Source: Longimicrobiales bacterium | GTDB taxonomy: Bacteria; Gemmatimonadota; Gemmatimonadetes; Longimicrobiales; Gaopeijiaceae | Assembly (NCBI GenBank): GCA_965218295.1 | Contig: CBDCKN010000008.1 | Span: forward strand, 12,330-76,329 | DNA length: 64,000 nucleotides | Direction: 5' to 3' | Shown here: piece by piece, positions 22,012 to 31,564 of the stretch | Numbering within the stretch: position 1 is the stretch's first letter | How the letters are laid out: every line of letters starts with the position of its first letter | Notes under the pieces: model-generated | Told to the model about the DNA's origin: nothing | Databases searched by the model: none | The model's input: only the letters and a program-made list of their open reading frames with translations | Made by a program: the position numbers and the translations under genes

Positions 22012-23608
22012 CGTCTCCACTCGTCGCCTCTTCGCGCGCCTCTTCACCCGCCTCTTCACCCGCATCCTCGAGGCCGCCCACGACCTCCGCTCCCTCCGCA
22101 CCCATGGCGGCAGCCAGGCCCTCCGCCTCGGCTTCGTCCACCTCATCTACCGCCACCTCGGCGTTTCCTGCCCCTGCTACATCGTCAGCCTCGTCCCCGC
22201 CGGCTTCTTCCGTCGTGCCCTCGAGGTCCACCGTATCCTCGGCCTCGGCGGTGTCTGAGGCGTCTCCGGCCGTGGAGGAATCATCCTCGACGACCGCGCT
22301 CTTCGTGGCGGACGAATCCGCCACGACAGTGAGCTCATCTATGAGGGTGAGGAGCCGATCCGCATCGGCTTCCGTCAGCCCCTCGACAGCCAGGAAGTCG
22401 TTGCGGTTGAAGTCGATGATCTGCAGAAAAGTACTAAACTCAGCCGCCCCGAGGGCCGCCAGAGTCCCCGGAGCGAGATCCAGTTCCGCCAACGAAAAGT
22501 CGGAGGTCTCGTAGTCGCCCTCGCTCGATTCCTGGAACAAGGAAAGATCCGCTCCGAGCTCAACCCACTCCCGCGAACCGTACAGGTCGATCTGCCAGCC
22601 GATGAGTTGGGACGCGAGCCGCACATTCTGGCCGTTCCGGCCGATGGCCAGGGAGAGCTGATCCTCGTCGACGATGGCCGTGATCACCTGGCGCTCTGGA
22701 TCGCTCATGACCTTGGAGACCCGCGCCGGTGCCAGGGAGCGCCGCGCGAATATCTCCGGCTCGGCGTGCCACGGGACGATGTCGATCCGCTCTCCGCCGA
22801 GCTCCTGCACCACCGCTTGCACCCGGGAGCCTCTAAGGCCGACGCAGGCACCCACTGGATCGATGGACTCATCCCGGCTGTAGACGGCGATCTTCGTCCG
22901 TCCACCGACCTCACGGGCCACTTCCTTGATGTCCACGATCCCCTGGTGGATCTCCGGCACCTCCAGGTTGAAGAGGGCCGCCACGAAAAGGGGGTCTCCC
23001 CTGGAGAGGATGAGGCGAGGACCTTTCGGGGTTTCTTCAACCTTTTTGAGAACGCACCGAATGGGATCGCCCTGCCGGAATCGCTCCCGGGGATTCTGAT
23101 CTTTCCAGGGAATGATGGCGTCGGCGTCGGGCAAGCGGTTGAGCATGACCACGATCTTGCCACGCTCGATCTGCTGCACCTCGCCGGAGAGTAGCTCCCC
23201 GATGCGGTCCGAGTACTCATCACGAATTCGGTCACGCTCGGTTTCACGAATCAGCTGAACGATACGCTGTTTCACGGCCATGACCGCGTTGCGACCGAAG
23301 TCCGCGAAATCGACCGGAATCTCCATTACGTCGCCGACTTCGAACCCTTCGTCGTCCCAGCGGGCCTCCTCGAGGCTGATTTCGGACGAGGGGTCTTCCA
23401 CCTCCTCGACAACCCGTCGGAGCACCACGATGTCGAATCCGCCGGCCACATCGTCAATGGTGATCTCGGCCTGTACGTTCGGACCGTATATGCGCGCCAG
23501 ACCCGCCCTAATCCCGTCTTGGAGGAGTTCATTCACCTCATCTGGAGACAGGCTCTTCGTTGCGGCGACATCTCTGAACGCCGCGACGATCTGGCCGGTA
23601 TCAGTCAT
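21989..23608 (-). CDS. nusA: Transcription termination/antitermination factor NusA with long acidic C-terminal tail
   Basis: FGRNA, EVPEI, DPVGACVGLRGSRV, LSLAIGRNGQNVRLA. Confidence 0.97.
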   Translation of the reverse strand: MTDTGQIVAAFRDVAATKSLSPDEVNELLQDGIRAGLARIYGPNVQAEITIDDVAGGFDIVVLRRVVEEVEDPSSEISLEEARWDDEGFEVGDVMEIPVDFADFGRNAVMAVKQRIVQLIRETERDRIRDEYSDRIGELLSGEVQQIERGKIVVMLNRLPDADAIIPWKDQNPRERFRQGDPIRCVLKKVEETPKGPRLILSRGDPLFVAALFNLEVPEIHQGIVDIKEVAREVGGRTKIAVYSRDESIDPVGACVGLRGSRVQAVVQELGGERIDIVPWHAEPEIFARRSLAPARVSKVMSDPERQVITAIVDEDQLSLAIGRNGQNVRLASQLIGWQIDLYGSREWVELGADLSLFQESSEGDYETSDFSLAELDLAPGTLAALGAAEFSTFLQIIDFNRNDFLAVEGLTEADADRLLTLIDELTVVADSSATKSAVVEDDSSTAGDASDTAEAEDTVDLEGTTEEAGGDEADDVAGAGNAEVAVDEVDEAEAEGLAAAMGAEGAEVVGGLEDAGEEAGEEAREEATSGDDEEPVEA

Positions 23609-23629
23609 ATTGTCCTCACCCCGTACGCC

Positions 23630-24118
23630 CTACTTCCAGGTGAACAGGAGGTGGGCACCCTTGATGTCGGTCAGGGGCACGCACACCTCAGTCCCATCTC
23701 CCAGTCGGAGCCGGGCCGTCGGCTCCGGTTCCGGGTCCAATCCCAATAACTCGGCCTCGAGCCGAGTAGACCGCTCAGCGAGAACCCCGTGGCCTTTGAC
23801 CACGACCGACCGGCCTGCAAAGCGCTCCCAGTCGCGTGGCCGGACCAACGGCCGCTCGACTCCCGGAGACGAGACCTCCAGCACATAGTGCTCAGGCACG
23901 TCCTCGTGCTCGTCGAGCCAAGCCTCGAGGGCACGGCTCACCTGAGCACAATCGTCCACCGTGACCGACGACTCCAGCCCCGAGCGGAGCCGATCCATGC
24001 GGACGCGCATGATCGGCCGAGCCCGGCTCCCGGCCCACTCCAGCAAGACGAGCTCGAATCCCAGAGCCGCGATTCGTGCCTCCATCTCCTGCTCGATTTC
24101 GGGCCGTGATGCAGCCAT
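23630..24118 (-). CDS. rimP: Ribosome maturation factor RimP
   Basis: VTVDDCAQVSR, YVLEVSSPGVERPL; ATG start at MAASRP. Confidence 0.95.
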   Translation of the reverse strand: MAASRPEIEQEMEARIAALGFELVLLEWAGSRARPIMRVRMDRLRSGLESSVTVDDCAQVSRALEAWLDEHEDVPEHYVLEVSSPGVERPLVRPRDWERFAGRSVVVKGHGVLAERSTRLEAELLGLDPEPEPTARLRLGDGTEVCVPLTDIKGAHLLFTWK

Positions 24119-24161
24119 GGCCACCCCTACCGGAGGCCGCGGCTTACGCAAACCTCTGAGA

Positions 24162-24196
24162 ACAAAAAAGCGGGGGCAACCAACTCCCCCACTCAC
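24162..24196 (-). promoter_or_regulatory. rimP leader hairpin with U-tract (attenuator-like)
   Basis: Minus strand GAGTGGGGAGTTGGTTGCCCCCGCTTTTTTGT upstream of rimP; resembles the conserved rimP leader. Confidence 0.7.
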
Positions 24197-24233
24197 AAAA
24201 GCGGCCGCCCCAGGGGCGGCCCTTACGACCAGT

Positions 24234-24262
24234 AATATAGGCGCAATGCCTTGATTCCTCAA
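24234..24262 (-). promoter_or_regulatory. Putative sigma-70 promoter of the rimP-nusA-infB operon
   Basis: TTGAGG-N17-TATATT on the minus strand. Confidence 0.55.
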
Positions 24263-24294
24263 GACTTGAGCCCCTGGTGGCCGGCCTCAGGGCT

Positions 24295-24696
24295 TCACGC
24301 GTCCCCCTCGTCCTCGGCCGGCCCCTCGGAGGCCTCTTCGACCTCGAGCCCCAGGGATCTCTCAACACCCTTGACCCTCTCCTTGAGCCCGTCCACCACG
24401 CCCTTCAGGCCGTCGAAGTCCTTTTGTTTGACGAAGTCGAAGGCCTCCCGAGCCTCCCCGGCTCTGGCCTGGGCTTTCTCCAGCGTCGAGCGCATGACCT
24501 CTTTCGCCCTCTCAGGCGTGAGATTGCCCCGCTCCCTCGCTTCGCTGAGAGTCTCCTCGATGGCGTCTTTCATGGCACTGAGCATGCTCATCCCCTGCCG
24601 AATGCCGCCCTTTATGCTGTCTGTCCGGCTTTTCTCTTGCGATTCCTGCTCGGTGCCCGAGCCGTTGTTCTCCTCAGGAGCGTTCTCTTCCGACAT
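24295..24696 (-). CDS. Phasin-like coiled-coil hypothetical protein
   Basis: IEETLSEARERGNLTPERAKEVM and FVKQKDFDGLK...VKGVE resemble phasin/PhaF-like proteins; GAGG SD upstream. Confidence 0.6.
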   Translation of the reverse strand: MSEENAPEENNGSGTEQESQEKSRTDSIKGGIRQGMSMLSAMKDAIEETLSEARERGNLTPERAKEVMRSTLEKAQARAGEAREAFDFVKQKDFDGLKGVVDGLKERVKGVERSLGLEVEEASEGPAEDEGDA

Positions 24697-24875
24697 GATG
24701 TCACTCTTTTCCTCTGTGAGGTGACCAGGTCGTCGTTCTTCTAGTGTAGCGGTACGGAAACCCGCCAGCTACCGGATGTCACGTGACGTACAGGAGCCCC
24801 TGCAGGGCCTCTATCGGGGTCACCGGAGCGTTCAGTCCACCTCTAGACCCTACGGACGTGGCGCCCACTGGGTTT

Positions 24876-26159
24876 CTAGGAGGCCTCGACCCTCTCGATA
24901 CGGGCCCCGAGGGCACGGAGCCGCTGGTCGATGCGCTCGTACCCACGCTCGATCTGGCGGATGTTCTGGATGCGGCTCGTGCCCTCTGCCCCCAGGGCCG
25001 CGATCAGCATGGCCATCCCAGCCCGGATGTCGGGGCTCTCCAGCGTCGTGGCCCGGAGCTTGGATGGACCAGCCACCACCGCTCGGTGGGGATCGCAGAG
25101 GATGATCTGGGCACCCATGGCCGCGAGCTTGTCCGTGAAGTACATGCGGGACTCGAACATCTTCTCGTGCACCAGGACGGTCCCGGTACACTGTGTGGCC
25201 GTGACCACGGCGATGGACGTGAGATCCGCCGGAAACGCCGGCCAGGGGCCGTCGTCGATCTTGGGCACGGCACCGAAAGCGTCGCTGGCCACCCGGCACT
25301 CGCGGTCACCGTGAATCGTGAGTGAATCCGCAGCGATGGTCACCTCCACTCCGAGTCGCGCGAAGCCCAACAAGGTGGAATCCAGGTGCTCGATGGGGGC
25401 CTCTTCCACCACCAGCTCACTCCCCGTCACTACGGCAAGGCCGATGAAGGACCCCGTCTCGATGTGGTCCCTGCCGATGGCGAAGGTGGTACCGCCCAGC
25501 TCCCGGACCCCTTCGATGCGAAGGCGATTCGTGCCGATCCCCTCGATGTGGGCACCCATGCCGTTAAGGAGATGACACAGATCCTGGACGTGCGGCTCGG
25601 AGGCGACATTCCGCAGCGACGACTCCCCGTCGGCGAGCACGGCCGCCATGATGGTGTTCTCGGTGGCCGTCACGGAGGGCTCGTCCAGGAACACGTCGGC
25701 CCCAGTCAGGCCCGGTGCTTCGATCCGGAATCCCCCGTTCAGGCTCACTTCAGCCCCCAGGGCCTCGAACGCCAGGAAGTGGGTGTCCATGCGACGACGA
25801 CCGATCACGTCTCCACCCGGCGGAGGCAAATCGACCCGCCCAAAGCGGGCCAGGAGGGGTCCGGCGAGGAGTAGCGACGCTCGAATGCGCTCGGCCAACC
25901 TCCGGTCCACCCCTGCTGAAACCACTTCGGAAGCATCCACGGTGACCACGTTCTCGTCGTCCCATCGTACGTCGGCGCCGAGCGAGCCCACTATTTCCAA
26001 GAGGGTCTCGACGTCGCGAATGTGTGGGATGTTCTGGAGGGTGACGGGCTCGGATGCGAGCACTGTGGCTGCGATTGCAGGCAAGGCAGCGTTCTTGTTG
26101 CCGGCGGGTCGGATCGTCCCGGTCAGGGTATGGCCGCCCTCCACGATAAAGCTGGGCAT
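24876..26159 (-). CDS. murA: UDP-N-acetylglucosamine 1-carboxyvinyltransferase (Asp variant at catalytic Cys position)
   Basis: GNKNAALP, IRASLL, PGGDVIGRRR, SVTATEN, PAFPADL, PDIRAG, ERGYE; AAGGAGG SD before MPSFIVEGG. Confidence 0.96.
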   Translation of the reverse strand: MPSFIVEGGHTLTGTIRPAGNKNAALPAIAATVLASEPVTLQNIPHIRDVETLLEIVGSLGADVRWDDENVVTVDASEVVSAGVDRRLAERIRASLLLAGPLLARFGRVDLPPPGGDVIGRRRMDTHFLAFEALGAEVSLNGGFRIEAPGLTGADVFLDEPSVTATENTIMAAVLADGESSLRNVASEPHVQDLCHLLNGMGAHIEGIGTNRLRIEGVRELGGTTFAIGRDHIETGSFIGLAVVTGSELVVEEAPIEHLDSTLLGFARLGVEVTIAADSLTIHGDRECRVASDAFGAVPKIDDGPWPAFPADLTSIAVVTATQCTGTVLVHEKMFESRMYFTDKLAAMGAQIILCDPHRAVVAGPSKLRATTLESPDIRAGMAMLIAALGAEGTSRIQNIRQIERGYERIDQRLRALGARIERVEAS

Positions 26160-26429
26160 GTCCTCCTTGCGGTCTCCGAAGTAAGTGGCCGACACCGTTC
26201 CGGTGTGGGGACCCGCGACCGTTTCGCCACGTCGGCCTCGAACATATTCCACCTTCCCCTGACGCAGCAACCGGCTCATCATCGTAGCGCCCTCCAGCTC
26301 GGAATACTTCTCTGCCCAAAGCCTTCACCCCTCGCGTGGGACCATGGCTTGCGATACTCTGCTGCACGTAGCGTGCCGCCATAGGGAGGGCTTCCGCTGA
26401 TACGTCGTTTCGCCCCCAGCCAAGTCTGA

Positions 26430-26773
26430 GCTAGCACCTCGCTCCCACCCTTTCTGGGTCTCGGCCTCGTTCCCCAGGGCGCATCTCATTGGCCATGGCG
26501 TTATCCGCCTTCCTGACCTTCTACGGGCCCGAAGTGGGAGGCCTGGACGCCAGCCAGGCCCTGTTCAGCGTCGTGGTGATAGGCGTCGTGATCTCCGAGC
26601 TGGTGGGCCCGGTGCTCACGACTGCCACGCTGCGGCGAGCCGGTGAGATCTCCTCTCGGGGCGAAGAAGCCCTGGTCCAAGGAGACGACCAACAGGCCCG
26701 AGCTCACGCTGCGCGGCATACCCCGGGCGTGGCCGCAGAAGCCGAAAGTAGCGGGGAGGACGTGGCCGAGTGA
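26430..26773 (+). pseudogene. C-terminal remnant of a cation:proton antiporter with an extra -1 frameshift
   Basis: LGLGLVPQG / ISLAMALSA...SVVVIGVVISELVGPVLT...LRRAGE spans two frames; in-frame TGA at 26427 and no N-terminal portion upstream. Confidence 0.7.
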
Positions 26774-26863
26774 TCCAGGGAGAGCAGGCGGCGAAAGCGA
26801 GCCCGGCACCGTGCTCTGGGAGCCGATCTGGAACTCTGACGTCCTGAGCTTATACCTTTGGCC

Positions 26864-27439
26864 ATGGACCATCGACTTCTCATTCCTGCTCTACTGCCCC
26901 TCCGGGGCACTACGCAGGCGCTCGCCCAGCCCGGAGGCCTCCAGGTCGCAGCCGACATCTCGGCGGTGGCCCTGGCTGCGATATCGGCTTTACTGCTGTT
27001 GACCATGTTGGTGCTGCTCGTCCAGCTCCGGAAGCTGCTCGCCGCCCTTCAACGGCAGCTGCAGCCGGTCGCGGACCGCGCCCGCGTGGCGGCCGAGAAT
27101 GTGGAGTTCATCTCCGCTGTGGTCCGCGAAGACGTCCAGAAGATCCACTCCTCGGTGGCCGGACTCTCGGACCGGCTCAAGGACGCTTCTCAGCGCATGG
27201 AGGAGAGAGTCGAGGAGTTCAACGCCCTCATGGACGTGGTACAGAACGAAGCCGAATCCGTCCTGCTGGATACCGCGGCCGCTGTCCGCGGAGTTCGTGC
27301 CGGGGCCCAGACCATAGGAGAGGGCGTGGCCTCCGAAGAGCCCGATTCCGAGGCAGTGCCCACCCCCGGGGCCGGTGAGTCGGAGGAGGCCGGCGATACG
27401 GCTGGAACCGTGGTCACGGGAGACGCCGAGACCACGTGA
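26864..27439 (+). CDS. DUF948-like membrane-anchored coiled-coil protein
   Basis: One TM segment followed by an amphipathic coiled coil; acidic tail. Confidence 0.6.
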   Translation: MDHRLLIPALLPLRGTTQALAQPGGLQVAADISAVALAAISALLLLTMLVLLVQLRKLLAALQRQLQPVADRARVAAENVEFISAVVREDVQKIHSSVAGLSDRLKDASQRMEERVEEFNALMDVVQNEAESVLLDTAAAVRGVRAGAQTIGEGVASEEPDSEAVPTPGAGESEEAGDTAGTVVTGDAETT

Positions 27440-28352
27440 AGATCGTCTGGACCCTCTCGATAGCACTCGGCTGGATCCTCCTCGATCCTGAGCCTCTGTG
27501 GGCATGGGGCCCAGGAACCCACATCGCGCTAGGAGAGACCCTTCTCGCGTCTCTCTACCTGCTCCGCCGGCCATACGGGCGATCATCGAGTCCAACCCGC
27601 TTCACTTCCTGTACGGATCTATCGCCGCCGACATCTCATTCGCCAAGAAGTACGTCCCAGAAGGCAGGCACTGCCATCGCTGGCACGTGGGTGAGGAGAT
27701 CCTGGCCACCGCTGACAGCCCGCGCCTGACGTCGGTGGGCTACGGCTACCTCGCTCATCTGGCGGCGGACACGGTCGCCCACAATCTCTTCATGCCCCGG
27801 CAGCTGCTCACCACGAGCACCACGCAAGCACTCGGCCACGCGTACTGGGAGCACCGCATGGACATGCATGTCGGAGAGGAGTACCTGACCAAAGCGAGAC
27901 ATCTGGTCATGGAGAACGACTACTCCGAAGCGGACGAGCTCTTCGACCGGGTCCTCAGCGGCACCATCTTCAGCTTTCACACCAACCGCAGGATCTTCCG
28001 CGGGATGATCCGCTTCAGTGATCATGACCGCTGGAAGCAGGTGTTCGAGCGGGTCTTGCAGAAGTCACGCTTCGACCTGCCCCATGCCGCGGTGGAGACG
28101 TACCACGCCCTCTCGTTTGAGTACGTCGTCGACTACCTGGTATCGCGGGAGAGCTCCCGCCCGGCCATGCTCGACCCCACGGGAGAGCTCAACCTGAGGC
28201 TGGCGAAGAAGGTGCGCCGTCTCACCATGGCCCGGGGAGGGGCCGCCGACCCGGCTCACCTACACCGGAGCGCCGACGAGTTCTTTCCCCTGCCTGGCGA
28301 CGCGCTCATCCACTGGCCCGAACGGGAGGGCATGGCGGTCATCAGCGACTGA
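27436..28352 (+). pseudogene. Zinc-dependent phospholipase C/P1 nuclease family protein, frameshifted near 27564
   Basis: Signal peptide + WAWGPGTH in one frame; FLYGSIAAD, GYLAHLAADTVAH, HAYWE in the next; one extra C restores LLPPAI. Confidence 0.75.
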
Positions 28353-29772
28353 GCCGTTCCCTGAGAAGGTCTCCGGTGGCCTTGGGGTCGGCGCGCCCCC
28401 CCGACCGCTGCATGACGCGGCCGATGAAGTGACCCAGAAGCTTGGCCTCGCCTCCTCGATATCGCTCCACCTCCTCGGGACTCTCCGCCAGAACGCCGTC
28501 CACCCACGTCTCGAGCTCATCGGTGTCCTGGACCTGGGCGAGGCCTTCGGACTCGACGATTTCCGAGGCGCGTCGGCCCGAGTCCACCATGCGTCCCAAC
28601 ACCGTTCGTCCCATGCTGCCGGACAGCGTGCCGTTCTCCACGAGGGAGATAAGCTCCGCCACGTCGGCGGGTGTCGGGCCAAGGCCAGCGATGTCTCGAC
28701 GAACCCGGTTCGCTTCCTTGAGGAGGGGGCCTCGGGCCCAGTTGGAGGCGGTCTTGGGATTCCCCAACAGGGACGCGAGCTCCTCGAAATAGTCCGCCAG
28801 TGAGCGGGAGGAGGTGAGGACCTCCACATCCCCCTCGGGAAGAGCCAGCTCCTCCAAAAGACGTGACTTCCGCTCGTGGGGCAGCTCCGGCAGCGCCTCC
28901 CACGACCGAGTCACGCGGTCGGCGTCAAGCCGGAGGAGGGGAAGATCGGGGTCGGGGAAGTAGCGATAGTCGTGGCTCTCCTCCTTGGAGCGCATGGACC
29001 GCACCGTGCCGTCACGCTCGTCCCAAAGGAGGGTCTCCTGAATTACGGCCTCACCGGATGCGAGCACCTCTTCTTGCCTCTCCACCTCACGTTGAAGGGC
29101 CTTCTCCACAGCCGAGAACGAGTTCAGGTTCTTGACCTCGGTCTTCACACCCAGCTCCTGCGAGCCGAAGGCCCTGAGCGAGACGTTGGCATCCACCCGG
29201 AGGCTGCCTTCCTCCATGTTGCAGTCGCTCACGTCCAGGTACTCCAGCGTGCGCTTGAGCCCTTGCAGGAACGCTCTGGCCTCAGCCGGCGTCCGGAGGT
29301 CCGGCTCGGTCACGATCTCGATGAGCGGGACGCCCGCCCGGTTGAGGTCCACAGCCGTCCCCTCCGGAAAGCGGTCGTGAACGGACTTGCCGGCGTCTTC
29401 TTCAAGATGGGTCCGGCGGATCCGAATCGGACGCGCGTCGGATCCCGACCCGACCACGACGGATCCATTGGTGGCGAGGGGCTGCTCGAACTGCGTGATC
29501 TGATACCCCTTCGGCAGATCGGGGTAGAAGTAGCTCTTGCGCGCAAAGACGCTCACCCTGTGGACCTGGCAATCGAGGCCCAGGGCCGCCGTGATCGCCA
29601 GATCTACGGCCTCTGCGTTCAGCACGGGGAGCGCGCCGGGCAACCCCAGGCACACCGGACAAACATGGCTGTTGGGCGGGGCACCGAAGGTCGTGGAGTC
29701 GGCACAGAACAGCTTCTCTGCCGTGCGGAGCTGTACGTGGACCTCCAGACCGATGACGGTCTCCCAGCTCAT
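28342..29772 (-). CDS. gatB: Asp/Glu-tRNA amidotransferase subunit B
   Basis: [47 protein letters not shown]. Confidence 0.97.
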   Translation of the reverse strand: MSWETVIGLEVHVQLRTAEKLFCADSTTFGAPPNSHVCPVCLGLPGALPVLNAEAVDLAITAALGLDCQVHRVSVFARKSYFYPDLPKGYQITQFEQPLATNGSVVVGSGSDARPIRIRRTHLEEDAGKSVHDRFPEGTAVDLNRAGVPLIEIVTEPDLRTPAEARAFLQGLKRTLEYLDVSDCNMEEGSLRVDANVSLRAFGSQELGVKTEVKNLNSFSAVEKALQREVERQEEVLASGEAVIQETLLWDERDGTVRSMRSKEESHDYRYFPDPDLPLLRLDADRVTRSWEALPELPHERKSRLLEELALPEGDVEVLTSSRSLADYFEELASLLGNPKTASNWARGPLLKEANRVRRDIAGLGPTPADVAELISLVENGTLSGSMGRTVLGRMVDSGRRASEIVESEGLAQVQDTDELETWVDGVLAESPEEVERYRGGEAKLLGHFIGRVMQRSGGRADPKATGDLLRERLSR

Positions 29773-31238
29773 TCCGCCCCTCCTTCCCCAGGGTCTCCCG
29801 CAGGAGCCCCCGACCGACCAGCCGAATCGCCGGCGGACTCGAGAGCCGCTGCCGCCCGGAACAGGGCAGACTCGCCCCACCAGGGTGCGATGACCTGGCC
29901 CCCCACGGGTAGCCCGTCGGAGTCACCCACCGGTACGGAGATTGCGGGCACGCCAGCCAGGTTCGCCGTGACAGTGAAGACGTCGGCCAGGTACATCTGA
30001 AGCGGATCCTCGATGCGCTCACCGAGGGGAAACGCCACCGTAGGGGACGTGGGAGTGAAAAGTACGTCGATCCCGTCCTGGAAGACCTCCCCGAAATCCG
30101 CCGACACCAGGCGACGCACTCGCTGGGCCCGGCCGTAGTACTGCTCATAGTAGCCGGCAGTCAGAGCGAACGTGCCCAGGAGGATCCGTCGTTTCACCTC
30201 GTCACCGAACCCGGAGGTGCGCGTCTTCTCATACAACTCGCCCAAGTCCCGGCAGCCGTCCTGCCGAGCTCCATATCGCACGCCGTCGAAACGGGCCAGG
30301 TTGCTCGAGGCCTCGGCGTTGGCCACCACGTAGTAGGCCGGAAGCGCATACGGAGTGTTGGGGAGCGAAACCTCACGGATGATGGCCCCGCGCTCCTCGA
30401 GCGCATCCAGAGCTTCCTGGCAGCGCGCCTGCACTCCCTCCTCCAACGCATCTCCGAAGTACTCCCGGGGCACACCGACCACCAAGCCCTCGGCTCCTTC
30501 GTCACATGCCGCCGCCAGGTCGGGGATGGTCCGCTCGACCGACGTGGAGTCCAGAGGATCGTGCCCTGCCACGACCTGCAGGAGCTCCGCCGCATCGCGC
30601 ACAGTTCGCCCGAACGTACCGACCTGGTCCAGGGACGAGGCGAATGCGACCAGCCCGTACCGGCTCACGAGACCGTAGGTCGGCTTGACCCCCACGACGC
30701 CACAGAAGGCGGCGGGCTGTCGCACCGACCCCCCGGTGTCGGAGCCCAAGGCCCCCGGAACCAGCCCGGCCGCAACGGCGGCCGCGGAGCCTCCCGAGCT
30801 GCCGCCGGGCACCCGGGTGGGATCCACCGGATTACGCACGGGTCCGAACGCCGAGTTCTCGCTCGACGAGCCCATGGCGAACTCGTCCATGTTGGTCTTA
30901 CCCACCACCACCGCCCCCTCCTCCCGTAGCCGTCGCACGACGGTGGCCTCGTAGGGAGAGCGATACCCTTCAAGGATCTTGGAGGCGCACGTAGTAGGGA
31001 GCCCGTCGGTGGTGGCGAGGTTATCCTTGACGGCCACCGGCACCCCGGCGAGCCGTCCTTCGGCCGGCCCGCCTCCCGGTAGCTCGAGGTCGTCGGACGA
31101 GAGCACGGCCAGGAAGGCATTCAGAGGCTCGGGGCCTTCTTCACGCTCCCGGAGCTTCTGGAGCGCGGCCTGCCCAGGCTCCAGCGGATCCACATCCCCG
31201 GCACGGACAGCCGCGGCGACGGAGGCGATGTGCGTCAT
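29769..31238 (-). CDS. gatA: Asp/Glu-tRNA amidotransferase subunit A
   Basis: [45 protein letters not shown]. Confidence 0.97.
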   Translation of the reverse strand: MTHIASVAAAVRAGDVDPLEPGQAALQKLREREEGPEPLNAFLAVLSSDDLELPGGGPAEGRLAGVPVAVKDNLATTDGLPTTCASKILEGYRSPYEATVVRRLREEGAVVVGKTNMDEFAMGSSSENSAFGPVRNPVDPTRVPGGSSGGSAAAVAAGLVPGALGSDTGGSVRQPAAFCGVVGVKPTYGLVSRYGLVAFASSLDQVGTFGRTVRDAAELLQVVAGHDPLDSTSVERTIPDLAAACDEGAEGLVVGVPREYFGDALEEGVQARCQEALDALEERGAIIREVSLPNTPYALPAYYVVANAEASSNLARFDGVRYGARQDGCRDLGELYEKTRTSGFGDEVKRRILLGTFALTAGYYEQYYGRAQRVRRLVSADFGEVFQDGIDVLFTPTSPTVAFPLGERIEDPLQMYLADVFTVTANLAGVPAISVPVGDSDGLPVGGQVIAPWWGESALFRAAAALESAGDSAGRSGAPAGDPGEGGAE

Positions 31239-31555
31239 TCTTGGCTCGAGGGCTTGTCCTCACCACCGAGGGACGGTGGGGAGGGAACGACGAAGAAACC
31301 GTCCCTGAAGTCCGGCGCGTAGTCGCTCGGCGGCTCGACCAGGGGATCGGGCTCCCGTTCACCGGGACCGCGCTCGGGGGCGCCGCCTTCGCTAGGATCC
31401 ACGGCCTGCGCACCGTCTACGGACACGGACGACAGGGTGTCCACGTACTCCAGAATGTCGTTGAGGTCTCGCCCAAGCTCTTCAGCCTCCGCCTCTGCAA
31501 GGCGCACACGAGCGAGCTTCGCGATCCGGCGAACGTCTTCGCGACTTACAGACAC
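31235..31555 (-). CDS. gatC: Asp/Glu-tRNA amidotransferase subunit C
   Basis: [10 protein letters not shown]...ILEYVDTL...GFFVVP; upstream of gatA. Confidence 0.92.
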   Translation of the reverse strand: MSVSREDVRRIAKLARVRLAEAEAEELGRDLNDILEYVDTLSSVSVDGAQAVDPSEGGAPERGPGEREPDPLVEPPSDYAPDFRDGFFVVPSPPSLGGEDKPSSQE

Positions 31556-31564
31556 GACGCGCTG

